DNA from: Octopus vulgaris
Taxonomy: Eukaryota
DNA length: 64,000 nucleotides
Reading direction: 5' to 3'
Assembly (NCBI GenBank): GCA_951406725.2
Contig: OX597818.1
Coordinates: 72,044,001-72,108,000 of the forward strand
Both the position numbers and the translations under genes were made by a program. This document shows positions 37,735-50,683 of this stretch, piece by piece; position 1 is the stretch's first letter, and each line of letters opens with the position of its first letter. Below the pieces are notes generated by a model. That model did not search any database. It saw only the letters and a program-made list of their open reading frames with translations, and was not told the DNA's origin.

Positions 37735-38360
37735 AAGCTGTTCGCAGTAGGTCACCTTTGTTATTGTTTGGTTTGGGTTTAAAAGCTCAAAGTGGACTAA
37801 ACCTTTCATATCTTACCAAACAGATAGAAACACCTTACGTGGGTGTAAAGACATTCTTTAGTCTGGGGTGCCGGTGTTTCTCTTTTCCCTACTCACTGTC
37901 TCTGGCGCTTGACATTTTTATAGAGAACCCATTTCTCGTCACCAATCACTATTCGGTCCACAAAAGATTCATTCGTGAGACGTGGCAGCGAAAAGTGTAC
38001 ACATTCACTCTCTATGCGCGATAAGGCTCGTAAAGTTTGTGAGGAACATACTGACCGAATTTGTTGACTTTCCAGATGGCACGCAGTTGTCGATGAATGG
38101 CTGAATGACCAAATCCAAGCTTCTCTGCTAGTTCCTCAACAGTTATAATGGGATTTTGTACCACCAGGGTTTGCAGGACGTACTCGTCGAGCTCTATAGA
38201 TCTTCCAGGATGAAGCTCATCGTCTAGGTTGTAATTTCCGACTTGGAATTTCTGGAACCAACGTTGACACTGACTTACGCTTATTGTCCGATTCCATATA
38301 CTGCATTAATATTCCTCGCACTTTCCGTTGCGATGTTGCCTTTATTGAACTCCTAAAGTA
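37735..38360 (-). mobile_element. Mariner transposase N-terminal relic from a different subfamily
   Basis: Minus strand encodes CQRWFQKFQVGNYNLDDE..PGR, VEELAEKL, YVPHKL and IVIGDEKWVLYKN. Confidence 0.8.
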
Positions 38361-38487
38361 ACAAATGCCGAATGTGATCCTTTGTCCCTTTCATTACAGC
38401 TTTGAAAAAAGACCCAAAATATATATATGTATATGTGTGTGTGTGTGTATGTATGTATGTATATATATATACGTATATATATGTATG

Positions 38488-38524
<37 letters not shown>

Positions 38525-38624
38525 GTGTGTGTGCGCGCGCGATGTGTGTGTACGTATATATGTGATGAGATTCCAAAAGATTTTGGAAAGGCAGAAAACG
38601 CACATGATTGTTTTTATATATAGT

Positions 38625-39045
38625 ATATATAAATCACAGTATGTGTGTGTATATTGACTAACGCATACATTTCCACAATTCTCAACTGATTTTCACCAAA
38701 CTTTACACACACCTCAAGGATGGTCATGCACTATAGCATTTTGCCCAAAGTTTCTGCGTAAATGAACAAACCCGGAAGGACGGTAGTTTACACGAGTTTT
38801 TCTCTAATTCATTGTATGTTCATAGTTTTTTTAATATGTATGGTCTTCCATACTTTTTAAATCTATATGGTCGTATATTGTTTATTAAAGAATATCTTTT
38901 TAGTGGTTTTCACATTTTTTGATTTGTTATTCATTTATATGTTGTAATTGTGTATTGGTCAGAGAATATTATAAAAGTGAAAGGATATTGTTAATTAATT
39001 AATTTATTTCGACCGCTCACCTGCGACGGTGAGTAAATCGACTAG
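38625..39045 (+). mobile_element. Non-autonomous Helitron-like element
   Basis: 5' TATATATAAA..(GT)n..CAACTGATTTTCACCAAACTTTACAC block and a 3' hairpin CTCACC tgcgac GGTGAG followed 8 nt later by CTAG. Confidence 0.55.
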
Positions 39046-39904
39046 GAATACTGTACGCGATGAATATCGAATATCAAATAATCTTAATCTCCATACGTAA
39101 ACTGCATTAAACCTTGGCAACCTTACCTTTACCTGTTCTGAGTTACTTGAAAGGTGATGTTCCCTACTTCTCTTGTATTTGTTGATAACTTTGTTTACCT
39201 ATTAATGCGTTGTTTCACTTTAAGGATGCTTATTTACCCATGCATTATGATATTTCGAATGCGACATCTTTTCACTGCGAACTGCTAAAGATTCAAAGCA
39301 GTATTCGTGAACTGAAGTCAAACTCTTCTTTATTTTTCGTTATCTGAAGTCAATTTCAGAGTGGTCGTTCTCTATAAGCACGTAGCGAATACATTCCTTT
39401 AACTCCACGTTTTCAAGTAGGTATTATATCGCCATTTTTGAACGTACAAGTCATACTTCTCTCCGAAAAAATAGCTCCCTTTGCTGTAGAATAAAACAGA
39501 CTTGCAGAGGGGAAGTTTCAACGTCTTCCTTGAATTTCCTTACACCATTTATGCAGCTGTTTCTGATAAGAAATTTCACTTTCATGTAAAACAATTATAT
39601 ATTTTTAATCATTATCCGTAATCTACTCCCCAAACACTTCGGTAGCTCTGCATCGCTTGTAAACTTATGTGCTCTATGATCATTAATGTGCAACAACCTC
39701 CACAATAACCAGCCTTCAATTTGGTTTTCTGTTCCTAGGTTAATCGGAAACAGAGTGTCGTGCTACTCTTAAGCCTTCTCGGCAGTTCAATTATTTGGAG
39801 AAAAAAATACCACCAAACTTACTTGGAGGAGATGAGACGAAACGAAAACGAATCGAATCGACGCGAGGGCGCTCAGTCATACAATACTGTAATAAATAAA
39901 ATAT

Positions 39905-40266
39905 ATACATACATACATATATGTACGTACCTACATCTACATGTATATATACATGCATATATAAATATATATACGTGAGTACAGGACACCACAAATAGAC
40001 GTAGAACTCAACGAGAAGCGAAAACGTAAAAACAAACGTGGAAACGGACCTAAACGAAAAAAACAGAGTACAAGACAAACTACACTTTCCTTGTGTAGTT
40101 TGTCTGTACTCTGTTTTTTCGTTTAGGTCCGTTTCCACGTTTGTTTTTAATTTTCGCTTCTCGTTGAGTTCTACGTCTATTTGTGGTGTCCTGTACTCAC
40201 GTATATATATTTATATATGCATGTATATATACATGTAGATGTAGATACGTACATATATGTATGTAT

Positions 40267-40270
<4 letters not shown>
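39905..40270. repeat. Near-perfect ~180-bp inverted duplication of family P1 with a 7-nt loop
   Basis: Arms meet at ...ACAAACTACAC tttcctt GTGTAGTTTGT (loop 40086-40092) with only a few mismatches or indels. Confidence 0.95.
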
Positions 40271-40297
<27 letters not shown>

Positions 40298-40305
40298 CAT
40301 ACACG

Positions 40306-40367
<62 letters not shown>

Positions 40368-40379
40368 AAACCGGCTTAA

Positions 40380-40610
40380 GACGGGGAGCTGGCAGAAACG
40401 TTAGCACACCGGGCGAAATGCGTGGCCGTGTTTCGTCTGCCGTTACGTTCTGAGTTCAAATTCCGCCGAGGTCGACTTTGCCTTTCATCCTTTCGGGGTC
40501 GATAAATTAAGTACCAGTTGCGCACTCGGGTCGATGTAATCGACTTAATCCCTTTGTCTGTCCTTGTTTGTCCTCCCTGTATTTAGCCCCTTGTGGGTAG
40601 TAAAGAAATA
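40380..40610 (+). mobile_element. SINE family A copy, well preserved
   Basis: GAGCTGGCAGAAACGTTAGCAC...GAGTTCAAATTCCGCCGAGGTCGACTTTGCCTTTCATCCTTTCGGGGTCGATAAATTAAGTACCAG; nearly identical to 62330-62560. Confidence 0.9.
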
Positions 40611-40614
40611 TATA

Positions 40615-41540
40615 TATATATAACTGAGAATGTGTGTGTCTGTCTGTCTGTCTGTGTGTTTCCCTAAAACTTGAGAACTACACAACCAGTTTCATTCAAA
40701 TTTTACACATGCCTTACTTAGGGTCCATGTAGTTTCATGGGCAAAAAAAAATGTTCAACTTCTTGCCTAGAGCGAGCCCATAGCAATATCATTTCTTCTC
40801 CACTATTTCAGTATTACGTGTTAAAAGTGAAGCAAAAACATTTCTCTATTTTATGTCAGATACTTTCACTTTAACAATAAAAATAATAATAACAATTGAA
40901 TTATATGTAGTAAGTAATAATTAAATTCAAACTAAAGTATAATATAATCGTAACATAACAAAAGTAAAAATAGCAATTGGTATAAAATTGCATCAATGAC
41001 TTGAACTTGAATAAGTGGTTTCACATGAATGGGAATAAATCAAAAATAAAATTAGCGTGCAGAAATGGAATAGTCCAGATGGACTATTATACATAAAGGA
41101 CTATATCTAACCAGAGGCGATAAATTCGCCACAATAGAAGCAAGGTTCGAGTCAACGGAGCGTGCAAGGGAGTACTTGACTCGAGCCTTGCAAAGTGGAA
41201 ATATTTTATTTTCACTTTTATATCTGGGGCGTAGGACGTCTCGGATAAAAATTATAAATGTCCCCCCAGAAGTAGAGGTAGGCTGGATTGTAGCCACACT
41301 TCTATACAAGAGGGAGGACAAGATACAATTGATCGAAATTGCAAGAGACGGGCCTACAATTCCAGTCTGTTATATATTTTGAGTATTCTTATCACTAGCG
41401 ATATCAAGATATAACTTTGTATTTTGTATTTTATGTGTAGGTGTATATATATAGATGTACATGTTATATGTACACATATATATACACATATATATACATG
41501 CACTAGCACTATGACCCGGCAACGACGGGTCATAATGCTA

Positions 41541-41541
<1 letters not shown>
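40615..41541 (+). mobile_element. Helitron-like non-autonomous element (5' block and 3' hairpin-CTAG)
   Basis: 5' TATATAA..(GTCT)n..AACTACACAACCAGTTTCATTCAAATTTTACAC and 3' ATGACCCG gcaacga CGGGTCAT aatg CTAG|T. That both ends belong to one element is inferred. Confidence 0.55.
41060..41350 (+). mobile_element. Tx1-clade LINE ORF1 fragment
   Basis: IEARFESTERAREY...YLGRRTSRIKIINVPPEVEVGWIVATL resembles the RRM-like region of Tx1 ORF1. Confidence 0.55.
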
Positions 41542-41584
<43 letters not shown>

Positions 41585-43299
41585 GTATATACGGGAAAAC
41601 TGTTTCTATAAATATTTAAAAACAACCGATATACTCTTCGTTGTCTTTGTTGTTATATAGGTCCATGTTAATCATTATTGATCGGAATTATCCAAAACTA
41701 CATTATGTGAACTTCCTTCTTATATAATGGCTTAGTTGGAGGAGGAAACGCCGGGCATATGACCCACTGGGTGTTCCAACACCAGTGCTCGAAAGAGATG
41801 TCATCTCTTTTAAGACGAGGGTTGTGGTAGTTTCAAGGAGAACTGGCTGTAACTTTTCGCCAGTCAAAAGACCAGGTAGAGGACCTCAGGTTAGACATGG
41901 TTCAGTAGACTTACGATCAAAATGCCTCCTACGCTTGACCATCTCGTGTTTTAGAACTGTCTTGTCTAAACTAACCTTTTTGCTGGTAAGACGATACAAT
42001 CAAGCTTGAAGGCAATTTGGCAGCTATTTCTTGAGGTCCAACGACCGTGTACGTGGCTCTCTCGCTGGTGCGATCAAATGGCATTCAGTAGGGCTGTGCA
42101 GGCAAAAGTGTACCATAACTAATGTAAACATAACGAAATCACTAACAATGGAACAGTCCAAAGGGGAAGCCTTTATGCTAGATCTCATAGAAAGAAGAAC
42201 CAAATATTCCCTCAAATTACGGATCTTAAGCATGCAGATATTCGATAATATCGGGAGAATATAATGTCTGAAAGGAGAATAAAATATAACGGATGATAAT
42301 AGATCTGGACTGCCAAGATGACATGGGGCTTAACACAAATATAAACAGCAATGACGTAATAATATGCAATTATTTGCGCTGAAACTCTTGTTCAATTATG
42401 TTATGTACAGCATCTAAAAATATATAAACTCCATACAGAGTCTCTATGGATAAAAGAGGACACGCATATGTATGTATGAAGAGAGAGAAATATATGTGTG
42501 TATGTATGCATATATGTATGTATATCTACATATACATACATATATGCATAGATACACACATATGTGCATATATACTAACGTGTTAGTGTGTGTGTGTGTG
42601 TCACTGTGCAAAATGAAGAGACAGAATAAAATAAAACGTAAATGTAGAGGAGTGACTGCCAGCACCTGTTTTAGAGAAGAAAGAAGCAGAGAAGAGAGGG
42701 AGAAGAGAGAAAGAAGATGTGAAAGACAGAAGGAGTGAGAAGGGAAAGGAGAGCGAGAGAGATATCTACAATAGATGTCACCCTGTACAAACATCCACAA
42801 TATGGGCAGAAAATGACAAAAGCAAATCAATTAGGTGCAGATGCAAAACATCATTATCTCACATACATAATAAGCTTTCTCACGTTGGCAAAAGGCCGGC
42901 ATGTTTTGTGAGGCTAGAGATAAAGAATAAATCTCTTCTTCTTCTCTCTCTCTCTCCCTTTCCCCCTCACTCTCCCTTTCCACCTCTCTGCCTCCCTTCT
43001 ATCTCACCCATGGACATATACGCATATGTACACAACACATTTATATATGGTGTATCTTTATAGTATATCTTATTAAAGAAAAATATTATATGTATGTATT
43101 TTTCTTTGAGTTTTATTTAAGTTCTTGTTAAGAGAGTTCGAGTCGCTCACTAACAAAGCGACAAGACTTTTTGAGTTAAAAGATTTCTTGGTGTTTGTAA
43201 ATATGTGGTTGAGTTGGTGTCTTGGTTGAGCTGCCAATGCAAGCACCCAAGTGTGTGTGCCTATTCACTTAAAGAATCGCAAATGGAGAATTTTTGGAA

Positions 43300-45600
43300 A
43301 TATCTTATAGATCTTCACTGTGCCATTAAGAGAATGGATTTAGAGAATCTGCGTCAGTTTCTGTTGCTCTTCCTTTGACAAATCTAGTATTTCTAGTTTT
43401 TTTTGTGAAAATTTGCTGATACATAGCTTAGTGCACCTATGATAATAGATGCGAATGAAAATCTATAGTCAAGTTACAAGAACTGTAAGTTGCGCATTAA
43501 TTCACCATATACATTAATTTTTTTCCTGGACTTTTGATTGCACATACACATCCGCTGGGTAGATGACCTCTACAAGTGCATGACTTTTGTCCCATGTCAC
43601 ATAGAGTAATATCAGGTGTGTTATGTTTGCACCGATTTGTTGTTTTTATAGGAGTGTTCCATCAGAATTTCTTATTTTTAAAGGTATAAACACATACTGG
43701 TTCTAACGTACCTTTGATATATACGTCAGGGCAATCGTTCCTGCGGACAGTATTGTAAAAAGTCTTTGCAACTACATTATGCCTCTGGGGCAGGTAGTAT
43801 CTAGTAGACATTTTAGGGCAGCTGCTGATGATGTGGGTGATATCTTCCACACTTATATAATAGAGCCGACAATTTCTATTGCAACGTTTGGTGATATCTT
43901 TGTTCCTCTTGTTTATCAGGTATGTAGTAGATATCTCCTGTTCTTGGATAGCGAAGGCAGATCCTTCTAGGAGAGATGTAATGTATCTATCACAAGTCCA
44001 GGAGAGGCTACTGTTCCTGTGAATGCTGTTGTTGCCTTCTAGCATACGGGATATGTATCCATGCATTGCTTTTTGCTGGTATGATGCTTCCTCCTGTTTA
44101 AGTAGCCAGTTCAACAGTTGCATTCTCGGAGTACAATAGTGCTTCACCAGCTATGAAGTTGTTGCTGCTCTTACTTTTGAGTATACATGGAATGTGCTCA
44201 TTTCTTTCTTTACTGTTCAGTAGGTGCTGTCTGAGTGATACAATGCGATGGTCAAAGGCTGTTTGGACTGATCTTATGCCTCTACGGCAAAAACTTCATT
44301 GTAACATAGATCCTAAAGGTATCGCTGTTGACGTGAAAGTTTCTAGTAGTGGTCTGTACCTTCCTAATTTCGATGTCCAGGCTGCGAATCTCGTCAAGAG
44401 TCCTGTCCAATATCCCAAATGTTGCTTTTAGCACTAACACTGCAAAAACATTGTGTGACACAGTCTTGTATTCTACAGAAGTATTCTTTGGTTATTCTGG
44501 CTATAGTCACGACACCAACATTCTCATCAATTCCGAGATACTTTTAGTTTTCGTCATTAGAGACAGGGGAGATAGATGAGCCATTGATATACAAGTTCTC
44601 TGCTTGGCTAACAATCTTTCCTCGGTCCTCTCTTGTATGAGAATTTATCTTGCTCAAATTCGATTCCTGTTTCTCGTGAGAATGTTGTGCTTAGTTCTAA
44701 TTGTCTCTTGATGTTGATCATGTTACGAGAATATAATTTTAGGTCGTCATAAAAAATATGTGGGTGACATGAATTTTATTCTTTTCTGCATATCTCAGCA
44801 TATAGCCTTGACATTTTATAAACAGAGCTAACAAAGGATTCATTACCAATGCAAGCAACATCACTATTACATTGGAATATACCTGTTGGTAATTTAATTC
44901 TGGTGGTAACAATAGGTGTTGCTGTAGCAGTTGTCAGTTACAGCTGTGTGGACCATGTCAGCGTCAGTCTTTCAATGACATACAGTATAGCAGCTGGTAC
45001 TTTGGAAAGATGTAGTAATTCTATCACCTTTGAGTGAGGCATAGAATGGTCTGGGAGAAACATATTCAGACAACCTGTGTACACTGTGTACATAACATTC
45101 AAGCATGCTATGGGTCTATAGTTTTTGGCTACATGAGTCTCTTTATTTTGGAAGATAAGAGTAGTCAGCGAAATTGGTGTGTCTAACTCAACTTCAATAG
45201 TTTTTCTTTTTAATGTCCCTGTAGACTGAGCTTTTTGTATCAGTAGTCTACCATCAGGTCTTTCCTAGTGATATTTCATTCAGCAGTTTCATGATAACCA
45301 CCAGGAGTGGTTTACTGGTGATGGTATATATTTTGGAAGATGCATTTACACAAAACTTTTTAGTTCGTTTAACTATGCTGCATCGCGATTGTGTTTGTTT
45401 ATATTCCAGATTCCCCGCCAGAATAACTCTAGGTCTTCCTGGGGAGCAGCTTTTAATACCTTGATGGTATCACATTTCATACTTCGACGTACAGCTTGTG
45501 AATTTCGGACAAACTTTCGGTTTGTCATATTTCGTTCATGCAATCATTTTACAGTAACGAAGTTTTTCACTTATCGCTCGTGGATGTTGTTTGGGGATGA
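43300..45600 (-). mobile_element. R4/Dong-like non-LTR retrotransposon (RT, CCHC, restriction-like endonuclease), degraded
   Basis: Minus-strand KNYRPIACLN, MHGYI, EGSAFAIQEQEI, CRL...EDITHIISSCPKM...RHNVVAK and a PDI endonuclease region. Confidence 0.85.
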
Positions 45601-46311
45601 TTGGATTGCTTGAGAGTGTTTCTAGGCCGTTTCCATTTATGTATGTCATTATTCAGTTTGTTTCAAAATGTCTTGTCAATAGAGAAAGAACCGGTTTCAA
45701 ACCTAGATCCAAGGCTCCTTCATTGGAATTTGAACCTCAACAACAAGGTATTTTTGTTTATATATTTGTATGTGCAGATTTGTATGGTTTATGTATGTAT
45801 TCTCATGCATATAGTTACATATCTAGACATGCTCATATATATTTAAAAGATAAACTGGTAACTTTTACAGATTTTTATAGTTACAGTGATGAATTGGATC
45901 TGTAGTCTTCGAATTAGCTTTCTCCGTTCTGGTTTTGAGAAGCTTAATTCCTCAAGATTGGTATTTATGCAGTGTGTTACATATCCCAGGGCCCCAATGA
46001 TTACAGGTAAAGACCTGAACTTGTAATCTGGATAGAGTAACTGTAGATTTCCCAAAAGTTCAGCGTAAGTATTCTCTTTTCCATTGATATTCAGCTTTAT
46101 GTTAACATCCGCTGGGCAGCTAATTTCCACAACTTCTCTTTATCCTAAATCATTATATCAGGTCTTTTGTGCTTACATTTTATTGAGGTCCTCACTGCTA
46201 CATTCCACCAGTATTCCTTTTTCTTAAGACTGGCTATGGTTTCTACCATATTGTGGGTTTTTATTTTTTTGTCATCGGGATTATCCTTCCGACAGATTTC
46301 ATTATAAAGTA

Positions 46312-47756
46312 TGTTGTGTGGACGCCCCCAGACGATGAAGTAGGCTAGCCCAATACGTAGATATAGAGGGAGAAGTCTAGACGTGAAGTGTCGAGAGTTG
46401 AGTAGAGGTCATCCGAAAGTGTGATATAACAGTGGCGACGAGGTTTCGAATAGTACCGAAATGGAAGAGTTACTGAAAGCAGTTGTAAAACAACAGGAGC
46501 AGCAGCAACTACAGAAGTTAACAGAATTGTTACTGCAGTCGAGAAATACGACAGAATCATTTTCAGCAGATGGTGTTGCAAATTCCATCGAAGAATTTCA
46601 CTACAATCCGGATGAAGGGACTACTTTTGCTGCATACTACAGACGATACGAAGACATATTCCAAGAGGATTGCGAGAGATGGTCTAGTGAAAGGAAGGTA
46701 AGGCTCCTTTTGCGAAAGCTTGCTACTCCGGAATACGAAAGATTTTGTAACTTTATTTTGCCGAGAAAGCCCGCGGAATTGTGTTTTGGTGAAATGATAA
46801 ATATTTTGACTAATATTTTTGGCGAGAAAAGTTCGCAGTTTAACATTCGATGTTTAAATTTAAAGAAAAACGAGTCCGATGATTTTGTTACATATGCCGG
46901 TATGGTTAATAAGGCTTGCAAAAAGGTTTAAACTCGAAGAATTAACGCCAAATATGTTCAAGTGCCTAATATTCATTAAAGGGCTGGTGGCAATGGAAGA
47001 CGCGGAAATTAGAAAAAGAATATTATCAAAGTTGAATCAAGATGTGAAACTGACTTTGCAGAATGCATCTGAGGAATGCCAACAAATAATAAATCTTCGA
47101 GATGATACAAGAAATATAAGAGACAAGAATAATAATGTACAAATGTGTAAAGAACGTACAGAAAGAAGGAAAAACTAAATTCAAAACGGTGCTTTGGTTG
47201 CGGAGATCGACATTTGAAGAAAGATTGCCCCTTTAAAGATAAAACCTGTTTTAAGTGTGGTAAAATGGAACATATACAGACGAAATGCCGGTCAAAGAAA
47301 ATGGTAAAACAGAAACTAGAAAATTCTGGAAGAAAAATGAAAATTTTCAACACAGATGACAAAGTGTATTTTAAAATAACACAGAAGGTATTTAAACCAA
47401 TTAAAAAAAAAAGATATACCAAAAACCAAGAGAGGCGAGAAGAACCAATGGATTTATGGTATGATTTGTTCTAGGTCCCAGAACCTCAAGCAAAAGCAGA
47501 ACCGACACGTAGGTCGAACAGGAAGAGAAAACCTACAGAAATGATGGAAATTAATTAACTCTAAGAGAAAAAGATATGCCAGTTTCTCATCGAGGAAATA
47601 TAAATGATAAATTCGGGTTTAAAAAACCCAAAAGGAGGAGATGTTGTGTGGACGCCCCAAGACGATGAAGTAGGCTAGCCCAATACATAGATATAGAGGG
47701 AGAAGTCTAGACGTGTCGAAAGTTGAGTAGAGGTCATCCGAACGTGCGATATAACA
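46312..47756 (+). mobile_element. Gag-only Ty3/Gypsy (Mag-like) LTR retroelement with very short LTRs
   Basis: LTRs 46312-46431 and 47642-47756 (TGTT...AACA), PBS TGGCGACGAGG at 46433, PPT AAAAGGAGGAGA and a degenerate 5-bp TSD (AAGTA/GAGTG). Confidence 0.92.
46461..47290 (+). pseudogene. Frameshifted gag with two zinc knuckles
   Basis: IEEFHYNPDEGTTFAAYYRRYEDIF, KVRLLLRKL, FKCLIFIKGL and CFGCGDRHLKKDC / CFKCGKMEHIQTKC. Confidence 0.85.
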
Positions 47757-48318
47757 GAGTGTCCAAGCTACAACATCATGTCTCATCGGTAGATAATACC
47801 GTGATGACATTTTCAGACAATTGCTAACGATGTGGGTCATATCATCAGTGTGAACTTCACAAAGTCTGCATCGGTTGTCACATTTTATGGCTTTTCCTGC
47901 ATCTCTATCTCTTTTGTGCATCAAGTACTTGGTTGATATTTCCTGTTCCTGGATTGCAAACGCACACTCTTCAAAGTGGGAGATAGTAATCCGGCTATTC
48001 GTCCGGAGCTTTCTACTAACATATCTATCCATAGTCTTCTGCTCATCTGATGACATGTTGCGGTAGAATCGTACGAATTCTTTGGGCATATATTCTAGAT
48101 TATCAGGCACAGAGTGTTGCTCAAGAGGCTGTCTTCTAAGTTTTATGTTATCAGTCTCATGTATGCAAACTTGGCCAAGGGATGCACTTCGACACTTAGT
48201 AGTTAAAAGGTGTTACCGAAAGGATATGATGCGACATTCAAAGGCATTTTGGATCGATGTTAAACCTCCATGTATTTATGTATGTATGTATGTATGTATG
48301 CATGCATGTATGTATGTA

Positions 48319-48354
<36 letters not shown>

Positions 48355-49309
48355 TGTATGTATGTATGTATGTATGTACGTGCGTATGTATGTATGTACG
48401 TGCGTATGTATGTATGTATGTATGTATGTATGTATGTATGTATGTATGTATCTCTTATCTTTTTCTAGTTTCAATCATTATTTATTGCAAAACACAGCTA
48501 GGATTCTTAAATGTTTAACGTAGTTCAGCCTACACAAGTAAATGTGTGAAGAACAAAACAGGTATTTTCTAAGACGTTTCTATAAACTAGTTTTAAACAT
48601 TTAATGACTAGAATAAAATAATAATGAAAGAAGTCCACCAGCAAAACATGTTTGAGAAGCATAGATTTCGATAAACATATTGCTTGAAAGCCATTCTATT
48701 TGAAAATGTCCGTTATATATTTGACTCATCTGTTCACGAAAACCTGCTTATCTTTAACACTGCTTTGAAGATTTGCGTAAATAAAACATATTAAATTGAT
48801 CAAAGAAGGAACAAATGTGCGTTGGTGACCTTCAAAAAAGGTCACTTGACAACTTAAGAAGTAGTACGTACGTCAGAGAGAGAAATACCAACACTTGACC
48901 TTGCTTCCTATAAATCAGGCAAACAATACAAACTGTTGTTTAGTGTGATAACAGGAAATACAGTGAAAGAAAGATTCAGTGAGTTTGTAATGTGATTCGT
49001 CTCTTTTTTTAGACGACATCTTCAGATCTTGAGAAAGTTATTTGCACTATCAATTGGTTGCATGAACTTTGACAATAAATTATTAAATTACAACAATACT
49101 AAGATGGAAATATAACCTGACAAAGTGTAAAAAAGGAATTGTTTATTTTACATATAAATACACTCTAACAAACACATTCCTATACATACACACAGACACA
49201 CACGCATGTGCGCGCACACACACACACACATACACGCATATATATACATAATATACATACATACACACATACATATATATGTATTATATATATATATATA
49301 TAAAACAGA

Positions 49310-49960
49310 ATAACAGCGTAACAGATGATAATAACATCATGCGGACAGACCGACGATACAAAGAGGGGCAGGAAAAAACCAGAACATAGCATTCGTGGCT
49401 TTTTTTCATCAGTCAAGTTTCCAATTATCATTACAGTTTCCACCTGTAACACTTAAGACTGTTCAAACTTGGTAGGCCCCAAAAATCTAAGCTAAGGGCA
49501 TTAAATTTTTGGAAGAAAGCAAGCGAATATGTGCGACAGCACAGTCAACCCCCCCCCCCCCAGAAAACGGAGAAAATGTTACACGATTACAAATACGAAC
49601 AACAAGAACAACAGCAAGTGTCTTTCGACTAATAAGTTAAATTGAGCTGGGGTATAAAGTGGAAGCCTTAAGGCACAAACGTAGATGAAAGTCAGGAGAC
49701 AAGAAAATAAGGTGTTATGCGTGTGGCGGTCAAGATCATGCTTAGTCGAACACCGATCACATTGGAGGAACAGAGAGATGTAGGAGGCAGAGGGATTGAA
49801 GAATTAGGGAAGAAACTGGAGAGAGAGAGAGGGAGAGAAGAAGGGACAGAGGGAAAGGTACAGGGGAGATAACAGAGGAAAGTAAAGAGATTTTTAAAAA
49901 TGCCAAGAAATGTGAGGGCGGGGGAGCGAGAAATAGAAAAAATGGAAAGAAAGAAGTCCT
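49310..49960 (-). mobile_element. Family P2 repeat (second copy)
   Basis: Colinear with 11440-11880; CTGATGA on the minus strand at about 49403-49412. Confidence 0.5.
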
Positions 49961-50116
49961 ACAGATTTAGGTACATACTTACAAGCTGAGCAAAAGGTGT
50001 ACGTACATCGCTATATGTATATATAAATCCCCCCAAAACGGGATAAGAACGTAACGGACGATAGTGTGAGTGTGTGTATATTACATTAATTATATAACAC
50101 ATACACACACACACAC

Positions 50117-50186
<70 letters not shown>

Positions 50187-50194
50187 CATTATTG

Positions 50195-50683
50195 GTGAAT
50201 TGAAGAAATGGAGCTGAACGCAGATTGAACAGAAATCGTTTTATTTCATTCTACACGTGTTTCGAAAGGCACAAATTACCAAAATCCGATGGAATAATGG
50301 GACCATATTGTGTCTTTCTCTTCAGGAAGAAAATAGGAAATCCGTTGGAAAAACAAAAACAGAACAGAGGCGGAGCAAAAACAAATCGAACTATGCTCCT
50401 AAGAGCCCATGGCGAAACTGTTTATCAGTGCATGTTGAGAACCGGTGGCTGAAGAATTCAACGGGTCAGGCATCGGTCAATCATGTGGGTGAGGGGGCGT
50501 AGATGTTCTTTGTGACCGAGAATAAAGTTCTGACTATTTAAGGAATATTGGATGTTTTATAAGGGGCGAGAAAAGATCTACTTAGAGACGTGTGTGTGTG
50601 TATACTGTTCTATATACGTGTGTGTTGGCGTAGGGGTAGAAAACATTTTTTGTGTACGTGTGTGCGTTTGATCGTTCGGCTGT
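50195..50683 (-). mobile_element. Second copy of hammerhead-bearing family H2
   Basis: Reverse complement of 21289-21774 with scattered substitutions. Confidence 0.88.
50242..50335 (-). ncRNA. Type I hammerhead ribozyme with extended stem II (copy 2)
   Basis: Core CTGAAGA (50319-50325 minus), GAAA, stem III ACACGTGT and the GUA site are identical to copy 1; differences fall in loop II and the distal stems. Confidence 0.88.

Larger units (their letters stand above)
45835..48270 (-). mobile_element. R4/Dong-like element 3' half, split by an LTR insertion at 46312-47756
   Basis: AFAIQEQEISTKYL, CRLC..H...C and RHDVVAWTL | YNEIC continue across the insertion, followed by KRPDIMI, EISCPADVN and PVIIGALG. 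Confidence 0.88.
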
